Shown here piece after piece: positions 57,474-64,000 of a stretch of DNA of 64,000 bases. The DNA comes from Gemmatimonadales bacterium (GTDB lineage: Bacteria > Gemmatimonadota > Gemmatimonadetes > Gemmatimonadales > GWC2-71-9), in NCBI GenBank assembly GCA_025927545.1, contig JAICLE010000007.1, positions 384-64,383 on the forward strand. The letters are read 5' to 3'. Within the stretch, counting starts at the first letter, position 1, and each line of letters begins with the position of its first letter. The notes under the pieces are model-generated. The model had not been told where the DNA came from, ran no database searches, and worked only from the letters and a program-made list of their open reading frames with translations. A program made the position numbers and the translations under genes.

Positions 57474-58688
57474 ATGAAGAGAGTCGCACTGTTGTGCATG
57501 GGCCTGGCGTTCGGCGCGGCGAATGCGGCCGAAGCCCAGCTCACGATGCAGATGAGCAACGGCTGGGCCTTCACGTTCAGCGGGAACGTGAACGCGTTCT
57601 ACATCTACCAGAACTCCAAGACCGCAACGCCGGGCGGTGGATTCGCCACTTCCGGCAAGGACCTGAGCGTCGGCACCGGCCTGCTTCCCTCATTCGCCGT
57701 GTTCGACGCCAAGGGCAAGGAAGACAACATCGATCTCGGCGTGCACTTCGGCTTCGCGCCTCAGGTCGAGTTCGGCGGGCACAACGCCAGCTACTTCGGG
57801 ACCGACGCGGCCGGCGCCCAGATCGATATGCGCCAGGTGTACCTGACCGCCGGCGGCTCCTGGGGCTCGCTGCTCATGGGTAAGGAGCTCGGCCTCTATC
57901 AGCGCGGCAACATCCTGACCGACATGACCCTCCTCGGCGTCGGCGTCGGCGGGGGCGGCCGCGGCACGGCCCTCGGCCGCATCGGCTACGGGTACCTGTA
58001 TCCCGACTTCCGGCCGCAGCTCACCTACACCACGCCCAGCGGCCGGCCGGCCTCGCTGAGCATCGGCCTCTTCGAAGGCATCCGCTCGGGAGCCTACACC
58101 ACGATCGAGCTCCCGCGAGTCGAGGCAGAGCTCGGCTACAACACCAAGTTCGGCGAGAACAGCAACTTCAAACTGTTCGTGAACGGCGCGGTCCAGACCG
58201 CGAAGACCGGCGCGACCGGCCCCACCGAAAGCCTCACCTCGACGGGCGGCGGCGCGGGCATCACCATCGACGTCTCGGGCTTCGCGCTCACGGGGTCGGG
58301 ATTCTTCGCCAAGGGCATGGGCTACCTGCTCCAGGGCGACGGCATCGTGGGTGGGGCCAACTTCGACAACCTCGGCGTCGACGCCGCGGGTGACGGCCGC
58401 AACTCGTTCGGCTACATCGGGCAGGTCACCTTCAGCCCGACGAACAGCAAGTTCATGATCGGCGGCAGCTTCGGTGAGAACCACCTGAAGCGGACCGACG
58501 CGGACAAGACGGCGGACGGCATCGATTCCGAGATCCTGAAGAACCGGCTGATCGACGGCCAGATCACCTACAAGTGGAGCAAGTCGCTCCGGTGGGTGCT
58601 GGAGTACGGCCACATCGACGGCTACAGCGACGGCGCCAAGTCCTCCAAGGGCGACCAGGGCTCGCTCGGCATGATGCTGTTCTTCTAG
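57474..58688 (+). CDS. outer-membrane porin (beta-barrel)
   Basis: ATG with GAGGGAGAAG upstream and signal peptide ...ANAAEAQ. The protein is Gly/aromatic-rich with alternating beta-strand patterns, and its C-terminus is ...SLGMMLFF. Confidence 0.75.
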   Translation: MKRVALLCMGLAFGAANAAEAQLTMQMSNGWAFTFSGNVNAFYIYQNSKTATPGGGFATSGKDLSVGTGLLPSFAVFDAKGKEDNIDLGVHFGFAPQVEFGGHNASYFGTDAAGAQIDMRQVYLTAGGSWGSLLMGKELGLYQRGNILTDMTLLGVGVGGGGRGTALGRIGYGYLYPDFRPQLTYTTPSGRPASLSIGLFEGIRSGAYTTIELPRVEAELGYNTKFGENSNFKLFVNGAVQTAKTGATGPTESLTSTGGGAGITIDVSGFALTGSGFFAKGMGYLLQGDGIVGGANFDNLGVDAAGDGRNSFGYIGQVTFSPTNSKFMIGGSFGENHLKRTDADKTADGIDSEILKNRLIDGQITYKWSKSLRWVLEYGHIDGYSDGAKSSKGDQGSLGMMLFF

Positions 58689-58712
58689 GCATTCGGCACC
58701 ACCGCAGGCGGG

Positions 58713-58747
58713 GAGCGGCCGTTCCACGAGGAGCGGCCGCTCTTTTT
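58713..58747 (+). terminator. rho-independent terminator after the porin gene
   Basis: GAGCGGCCG (58713-58721), a 12-nt loop, CGGCCGCTC (58734-58742), then TTTTT (58743-58747). Confidence 0.7.
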
Positions 58748-58825
58748 GCACACGGCTGCCCGCATCCCGCGGGCGAACGTGGGCGTGTAGATTGGGGGCA
58801 ACTTTCACGTCTTCGGGAGACCACG

Positions 58826-59245
58826 ATGCGCTCGCACAGCTTGCTCGGCACCCTCCTCCTGGCGGGCGCCTGCGGGGGCGGCCGGTTCTACGACACGCTC
58901 GCCGCCTCGCCCGCCGCCGCCCCGGCCGACGTCATCGCGTGCGCGCGCGCCAAGCTGCGCCCGCTGGGCTACGAAGAGACCTCGTTCGACCAGACCGATA
59001 ACCGGGTTACCGCCCGCAAGGTGGACAACAGCGTCCGGCGTCCGGAGCCGCAGTTCCGGCGTAACGTCGACCGGCTCGAGATCCAGGCCGCGCCCGATTC
59101 CAGTGGAAAGACCTCGCTGACGGTGATCGGACACACCTTCGCCGAGTACTCCACGCACCGGGGTCCGACGGAAGAGGAGGAGCGTGCCTCGGCCGACGTC
59201 AAGCACAGCTCGCAGGCCGTCATCGATGCGTGCGGCCGGCCTTGA
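58826..59245 (+). CDS. hypothetical lipoprotein
   Basis: Inner ATG with GGGAGA upstream and signal/lipobox-like LLGTLLLAGACGG. No family recognised. Confidence 0.5.
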   Translation: MRSHSLLGTLLLAGACGGGRFYDTLAASPAAAPADVIACARAKLRPLGYEETSFDQTDNRVTARKVDNSVRRPEPQFRRNVDRLEIQAAPDSSGKTSLTVIGHTFAEYSTHRGPTEEEERASADVKHSSQAVIDACGRP

Positions 59246-59339
59246 GGCCCGGAGCACCCCGGCGGTGGTCCCCCCTCGCGGAGGCGACTAGCTTTCCGGC
59301 TGGTGCCCTTGGGTCTCACCCGCATCTGGAGAATCGGAA

Positions 59340-60266
59340 GTGGCAGTCCCGCTCGTACAACTGACGGGCTCTCCCGCTGGCACGCCGGCGGCCGACGGGG
59401 TTCCGGCCCGGAAGCCCGGCTGGCTCAAGGTGAAGGCCCCCGGTGGCCCCAACTACGCGCACCTCAAGGGGCTGATGCGGGAGCTCGGGCTCCACACCGT
59501 GTGCGAGGAAGCCCGCTGCCCCAACATCGGCGAATGCTGGGAGCACAAGGCCGCCACCTTCATGGTCCTGGGTGACGTCTGCACCCGGAACTGCACCTAC
59601 TGCGCGGTGGCGCACGGGACGCCCACGGCCTTCGACCCGCTCGAGCCGCTGCGCCTGGCCGAGGCGGTCGAGCGCATGGGGCTGGCACACGTGGTCATCA
59701 CCTCGGTGGACCGCGACGACCTGCCGAACGGCGGCGCGGAGGTGTTCGCCGGGTGCATCACCGAGATCAAGCGGCGGCTTCCCGCCACATCGGTCGAAGT
59801 CCTCATCCCCGACTTCAAGGGCTCGGAGCAGGCACTCCGGATCGTGATGGATGCCCGGCCCGACATCCTCAACCACAATCTCGAGACCGCGGAGCGGCTC
59901 TACCGCCTGGCCCGGCCGGGCGGCCGGTACCCCCGCGCACTGCAGCTTCTGGCCAACGCGCGGCGGATGGACCCCGGGGCGCTCACCAAGAGCGGCATCA
60001 TCCTCGGCATGGGCGAGGAGTGGGACGAGGTGCTGGTCTGCATGCGCGACCTGCGACGGAGCGACGTGAACATCCTGACGCTGGGTCAGTACCTCCGTCC
60101 CTCGGACGGCCACCTGCCGGTGGCGCGGTACTACACGCCGGACGAGTTCGCCGAGCTGCGCGAGGCGGGGCTGGCGATGGGTTTTTCGCACGTGCAGGCG
60201 AGCCCGCTCACGCGCTCGTCGTACCACGCCTGGGAGCATCTCGCCGCCGCCGGAGGCGCCCGCTGA
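59340..60266 (+). CDS. lipA: lipoyl synthase
   Basis: Motifs VCEEARCPNIGECW (auxiliary cluster) and CTRNCTYCAV (radical-SAM CxxxCxxC), plus SVDRDDL, NHNLET and SSYHA. Confidence 0.93.
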   Translation: MAVPLVQLTGSPAGTPAADGVPARKPGWLKVKAPGGPNYAHLKGLMRELGLHTVCEEARCPNIGECWEHKAATFMVLGDVCTRNCTYCAVAHGTPTAFDPLEPLRLAEAVERMGLAHVVITSVDRDDLPNGGAEVFAGCITEIKRRLPATSVEVLIPDFKGSEQALRIVMDARPDILNHNLETAERLYRLARPGGRYPRALQLLANARRMDPGALTKSGIILGMGEEWDEVLVCMRDLRRSDVNILTLGQYLRPSDGHLPVARYYTPDEFAELREAGLAMGFSHVQASPLTRSSYHAWEHLAAAGGAR

Positions 60267-61285
60267 TGGCCGGCACCGCCGTTCCGCGACCGCGCACGCG
60301 CCGCCGCGGCCTCGACGCCGAGCGCGCGGAGGAATACCGCGGCTGGCTGCGCCAGATGATCCTCATCCGCCGCTTCGAGGAGAAGGCGGGCGAGGCCTAT
60401 AGCCTCGGCAAGATCGGCGGCTTCTGCCATCTCTACATCGGGCAGGAGGCGGTCGCGGTGGGAAGCCTCGCTGCGCTCCGCGCGGACGACTACATCACCT
60501 GCTCCTATCGCGAGCACGGGCACGCGCTGGCGCGCGGCCTGAGCCCCCGCGCGGTCATGGCCGAGCTGTTCGGCAAGGCCGCGGGCACGAGCGGCGGCAA
60601 GGGCGGCTCGATGCACCTCTTCGACGCGTCGCTCGGCTTCCTCGGCGGGCACGGCATCGTGGCCGGCCACATTCCGCTCGCTACGGGGATGGCGTTCGCC
60701 ATCAAGTACCGGAACACCGACCAGGTGGCGGTGTGCTATTTCGGCGAGGCGGCGGTCAACAACGGCGCGTTCCACGAAGCGCTCAACATGGCGGCGCTGT
60801 GGAAGCTGCCGGTCGTCTACGTCTGCGAGAACAACCGCTACGGCATGGGCACCGCGCTCGAGCGGGCCAGCGCCATCTACGACATCTCGGAGCGCGCCTG
60901 CTCCTACGACATGGCCAACGAGGTGGTGGACGGCCAGGACGTGCTGGTTATGCACGCGGCCATGGAGCGCGCAGTGGAGCGCGCCCGCGCCGACAAGCAC
61001 CCGACGCTGCTCGAGGTCCGCACCTACCGTTTCATGGGCCACTCCATGTCCGACCCGATCCACGGACACTACCGGACGCGCGAAGAGGTCGAGGACCAGC
61101 GCAAGCGCGACCCGATCGCCGTCTGGTCCCAGCGGCTCATCGAGGAAGGAATCATGGACCAGGCCGGCGTGAAGGCGCTCGACAAGGAGATCGTGGACGA
61201 GGTGGAGGACGCCTACAGGTTCGCGGACGAGGCGCCGGAGCCGGCGATGGAGGAGCTGTATTCGGATGTGTACAAGGAGTCGTGA
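60266..61285 (+). CDS. pdhA: pyruvate dehydrogenase (acetyl-transferring) E1 component, alpha subunit
   Basis: The ATG overlaps the lipA stop (TGATG). Motifs IRRFEEKAGEAY..GKIGGFCHLYIGQEAVAVG, YREHGHAL, GGKGGSMH, GEAAVNNGAFHEALNMAALWKLPVVYVCENNRYGMGT and YRFMGHSMSD. Confidence 0.93.
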   Translation: MAGTAVPRPRTRRRGLDAERAEEYRGWLRQMILIRRFEEKAGEAYSLGKIGGFCHLYIGQEAVAVGSLAALRADDYITCSYREHGHALARGLSPRAVMAELFGKAAGTSGGKGGSMHLFDASLGFLGGHGIVAGHIPLATGMAFAIKYRNTDQVAVCYFGEAAVNNGAFHEALNMAALWKLPVVYVCENNRYGMGTALERASAIYDISERACSYDMANEVVDGQDVLVMHAAMERAVERARADKHPTLLEVRTYRFMGHSMSDPIHGHYRTREEVEDQRKRDPIAVWSQRLIEEGIMDQAGVKALDKEIVDEVEDAYRFADEAPEPAMEELYSDVYKES

Positions 61286-61291
61286 GTCGCG

Positions 61292-61345
61292 GGTCGCGGG
61301 TCGCGAGACTCGCGGCCTGTGGTCCACTACTCGCGACCCGCGACC
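61292..61345 (+). repeat. intercistronic 15-16 bp perfect inverted repeat (stem-loop) preceded by a GTCGCGG heptamer triplet
   Basis: GTCGCGGGTCGCGAG (61293-61307) and CTCGCGACCCGCGAC (61330-61344) are exact reverse complements separated by a 22-nt loop. GTCGCGG occurs 3 times in tandem from 61286, the last copy imperfect. Confidence 0.6.
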
Positions 61346-61359
61346 AGTGACTATCTACA

Positions 61360-62340
61360 ATGCCCACCCTGACCTACCGCGATGCCCTCAATCACGCCCT
61401 CCGCGAGGAGATGGCCCGTGACCCGGACGTCTTTCTCATGGGCGAGGAGGTCGGGGTCTATCAGGGCGCGTACAAGGTGAGCCGCGGGTTGCTGGACGAA
61501 TTCGGCCCCATGCGCGTGGTGGACACGCCGATCACCGAGCTCGGGTTCGCGGGCGTGGGGATCGGGGCGGCCATGGTGGGGTTGCGGCCGGTCATCGAGT
61601 TCATGACCTGGAATTTCGCGCTGCTCGCCATCGACCAGCTGGTCAACAACGCGGCCAAGATGCGGTACATGTCGAACGGGCAGGTCGGGGTGCCCGCGGT
61701 GTTCAGGGGGCCGGGCGGCGCAGCCCTCCAGCTCGCCGCGCAGCACTCGCAGGCGTTCGAGAGCTTCTACGCGCACGTCCCCGGCCTCAAGGTCGTCATG
61801 CCCGCTACGCCGGCGGACGCCAAGGGGCTGCTCAAGAGCGCCATCCGCGACGACAACCCCGTCGTCTTCATCGAGGGCGAGATGCTGTACAACCTGAAGG
61901 GCGAGGTGCCCGAAGGCGAGCACGTCGTCCCGCTCGGCAAGGCCGACGTAAAGCGGGCGGGCCGCGACGTCACGATCGTGTGCCACTCGAAGACGGTCGC
62001 GGTGGCGCTCAAGGCCGCCGATGAGCTCGCGGACGACGGCGTGGAAGCCGAGGTACTGGACCTCCGCACCATCCGGCCGCTGGACACGGAGGCGGTGCTC
62101 GCGTCGGTGGCGCGCACCCACCGCTGCGTGGTTGCCGAGGAGGGCTGGCCCTTCGCGGGGGTTGGCGCGCAGGTCGTGGACACCATCCAGCGCGAGGCGT
62201 TTGATGAGCTCGACGCGCCCGTCCTCCGGGTTACCGGCGCGGACGTTCCCATGCCCTACAACAAACAGCTCGAGAAGGCCGCGAAGGTCGATCCCGCCAA
62301 GGTGATCGCCGCGGTGCACTCGGTGCTGTACCGCGACTAG
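61360..62340 (+). CDS. pdhB: pyruvate dehydrogenase E1 component, beta subunit
   Basis: Motifs TYRDALN.AL.EEM..D..VFLMGEEVG.YQGAYKVS.GL...FG..RV.DTPI.E.GF.G.GIGAA, RPVIEFMTWNF and IRPLD. Confidence 0.93.
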   Translation: MPTLTYRDALNHALREEMARDPDVFLMGEEVGVYQGAYKVSRGLLDEFGPMRVVDTPITELGFAGVGIGAAMVGLRPVIEFMTWNFALLAIDQLVNNAAKMRYMSNGQVGVPAVFRGPGGAALQLAAQHSQAFESFYAHVPGLKVVMPATPADAKGLLKSAIRDDNPVVFIEGEMLYNLKGEVPEGEHVVPLGKADVKRAGRDVTIVCHSKTVAVALKAADELADDGVEAEVLDLRTIRPLDTEAVLASVARTHRCVVAEEGWPFAGVGAQVVDTIQREAFDELDAPVLRVTGADVPMPYNKQLEKAAKVDPAKVIAAVHSVLYRD

Positions 62341-62343
62341 CCG

Positions 62344-63597
62344 ATGGCCACCAGGGTCGTCATGGAGGCGCTCTCGCCCACGATGGAGGAGGGGCGCCTC
62401 GTCGAGTGGAAGAAGCAGGAGGGGGAGGCCGTCGCCGTGGGCGACGTGCTCGCCGAGGTGGAGACCGACAAGGCGGTCATGGAGCTGGTGGCACGCGCGG
62501 CCGGCACGCTGCTCAAGCAGGTGGTGCCGGCCGGCGCCACCGTGCCCGTGTCCGAGCCAGTGGCCCTGATCGGGGAGCCGGGCGAGGCAGTGGACAACGG
62601 GAAGCCGACGCCGGCCCAGAAGCAGCAGGGCACGCAGCCGGCACCTGGGCCGCCGCCGGCTCCCGCGGCCGAAGCCGAACGGGCAGCGGCGAGCGCCCCG
62701 GCGGCCGCGGCACCCACTCCCGAGGGGCGCGTCAAGGCGTCGCCCCTGGCCCGCCGGATCGCGGCCGAGCGCGGCATCGACCTCGGCGCCCTGGCCGGGT
62801 CAGGGCCCGAGGGACGGGTAGTGCTGCGGGACCTGGAGCAGGCTCCCGCGGCCGCCCCGACGCACGCTGGAGGGCCGCCGGCTCCCCACCCCATCCTCCG
62901 GACGCCTGAGGGTGCCGCGTTCACCGACGTCCCGCTCAACCAGTTGCGGAAGACGATCGCGCGGCGGCTGGTCCAGTCCATCGGCCCGATCCCCACGTTC
63001 TACCTCACGACCGAGGTGGACATGGAGCGCGCGTGGGATGCGCGGGAAGCCCTCAAGACGCTCGGCGACGGACCCAAGGTGTCCTTCAACGACATCATCC
63101 TCAAGGCCGTCGCCGCCGCACTCCGGCAGCATCCCGCCTGCAACGCGTGGTGGCAGGACGACCACATCCGCTACTGGCACGAGGTGCACGTGAGCATGGC
63201 GGTGGCCATCGAGGACGGCCTGATCACCCCGGTCATCCGGAATACCGATCTCAAGTCGCTGCGGGAGATCGCCGCCGAGTCGCTGGATCTGGCCGAGCGT
63301 GCACGCGAACGCCGCCTCAAGCCCGAGGAGTACACGGGCGGTACGTTCTCGGTCTCCAACCTTGGCATGCTCGACATCGACGAATTCACCGCAGTGATCA
63401 ATCCGCCCGAGGCGGGCATTCTCGCGGTGGGGCGGATCGTCGAGAAGCCGGTGGTGCACGAGGGGCAGCTCACCGTCCGGCGGCGCCTCCGCCTCACGAT
63501 GTCGTGCGACCATCGCGTGATCGACGGCGCCACCGGCGCGCGGTTTCTCAAGACGCTCAAGGCGATGCTGGAGAATCCGTTGGCCATGGTGTGGTAG
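62344..63597 (+). CDS. dihydrolipoamide acetyltransferase (PDH E2)
   Basis: Lipoyl domain LAEVETDKAVMEL, an Ala/Pro linker, subunit-binding domain ASPLARRIAAERGIDL and catalytic DHRVIDGA. Confidence 0.92.
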   Translation: MATRVVMEALSPTMEEGRLVEWKKQEGEAVAVGDVLAEVETDKAVMELVARAAGTLLKQVVPAGATVPVSEPVALIGEPGEAVDNGKPTPAQKQQGTQPAPGPPPAPAAEAERAAASAPAAAAPTPEGRVKASPLARRIAAERGIDLGALAGSGPEGRVVLRDLEQAPAAAPTHAGGPPAPHPILRTPEGAAFTDVPLNQLRKTIARRLVQSIGPIPTFYLTTEVDMERAWDAREALKTLGDGPKVSFNDIILKAVAAALRQHPACNAWWQDDHIRYWHEVHVSMAVAIEDGLITPVIRNTDLKSLREIAAESLDLAERARERRLKPEEYTGGTFSVSNLGMLDIDEFTAVINPPEAGILAVGRIVEKPVVHEGQLTVRRRLRLTMSCDHRVIDGATGARFLKTLKAMLENPLAMVW

Positions 63598-63632
63598 CAC
63601 GGCCTACCACTCACCTCTTCCCCGGAGCTCGC

Positions 63633-64000
63633 GTGGCGACGGAATTCGACCTCATCATCATCGGCGGCGGCCCGGCCGGCTACGTCTGCGCCATCCGGGC
63701 CGCGCAGCTCGGCCTGGCCACCGCGGTGGTGGAGCGGGACAAGCTCGGCGGCGTGTGCGTGAACATCGGCTGCATCCCGACCAAGGCACTGCTGCACAGC
63801 GCGTACGTGGCCAACCTGGTCTCCCACGACGCCAGGGATCTGGGCGTCGAGGTGAGCGGCGTGAAGGCGGACTACGGCGTGGCCATGCGCCGCTCGCGCA
63901 AGGTTTCCGAGCAGAACTCCAAGGGCGTCGAGTTCCTGATGAAGAAGCACAAGGTGACCGTGATCAAGGGCACGGGCGTGCTGGGGAAGGACCGCAGGGT
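63633..64000 (+). CDS. lpdA: dihydrolipoyl dehydrogenase (E3); 3' end beyond the window
   Basis: Not in the ORF track because it is open at the window end. GTG at 63633 with GGAG upstream. Reads FDLIIIGGGPAGYVCAIRAAQLG followed by the redox-active disulfide GGVCVNIGCIPTKALL. Confidence 0.9.
   Translation, partial: MATEFDLIIIGGGPAGYVCAIRAAQLGLATAVVERDKLGGVCVNIGCIPTKALLHSAYVANLVSHDARDLGVEVSGVKADYGVAMRRSRKVSEQNSKGVEFLMKKHKVTVIKGTGVLGKDRR

Overview
Very GC-rich bacterial chromosomal segment: third codon positions are almost all G/C, though I did not compute a figure. It is densely coding on both strands, with about 60 CDS supported. I recognised no rRNA, tRNA, CRISPR array, transposase, integrase or prophage. 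A CarboxypepD_reg-type TonB receptor and pervasive gene overlaps suggest a Gemmatimonadota-like organism, but this is an unverified guess.

Coordinates follow the ORF track and include the stop codon. Many starts were moved inward from the longest ORF, using where homology begins, RBS-like GGAG motifs and 4-nt ATGA/GTGA stop-start overlaps. I found about 15 such overlaps.

Content, left to right:
- Rieske-FAD reductase, uppS, an HTH regulator plus membrane protein, mscL, and a persulfide-dioxygenase/rhodanese fusion.
- TolB-like lipoprotein plus TonB-dependent receptor.
- An SRPBCC/acidic-protein/TrxR-like stress operon.
- A GT + long UGM-like flavoenzyme + 2x GH-A operon facing a GH2.
- TauE-PEBP-SodC running directly into the ligase-associated DNA-damage-response genes (exonuclease, ATP-dependent ligase, DEXH helicase, PdeM), with an extra zinc-ribbon MBL gene inserted.
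- GT-C membrane glycosyltransferase, cydAB-GNAT, a POT transporter and DUF1028.
- HIT-like/GGR-like/HD operon, an erythromycin-esterase-family gene and a PuuD-like amidotransferase.
- A hybrid kinase-GT4-GT2-DUF3108-DHS-like overlap-coupled operon.
- thiO-like gene, then ECF sigma-RskA-DUF1684-TlpA.
- Cupredoxin, an OFA MFS with a micro-subunit, a PQQ alcohol dehydrogenase with a lanthanide-type D-x-D signature, a porin, and lipA-pdhABC-lpd.

I see no clear-cut defence or mobile system. The best candidates for something undescribed are:
1. The UGM-like glycan module (12.1-17.2 kb).
2. The extra MBL gene inside the ligase-associated repair operon (24.2-25.0 kb).
3. The kinase-GT-GT-DUF3108-DHS-like module (41.9-47.4 kb).
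4. The cytochrome-less PQQ-ADH locus (52.6-59.2 kb).

All family assignments come from motif recognition by eye, not from searches.
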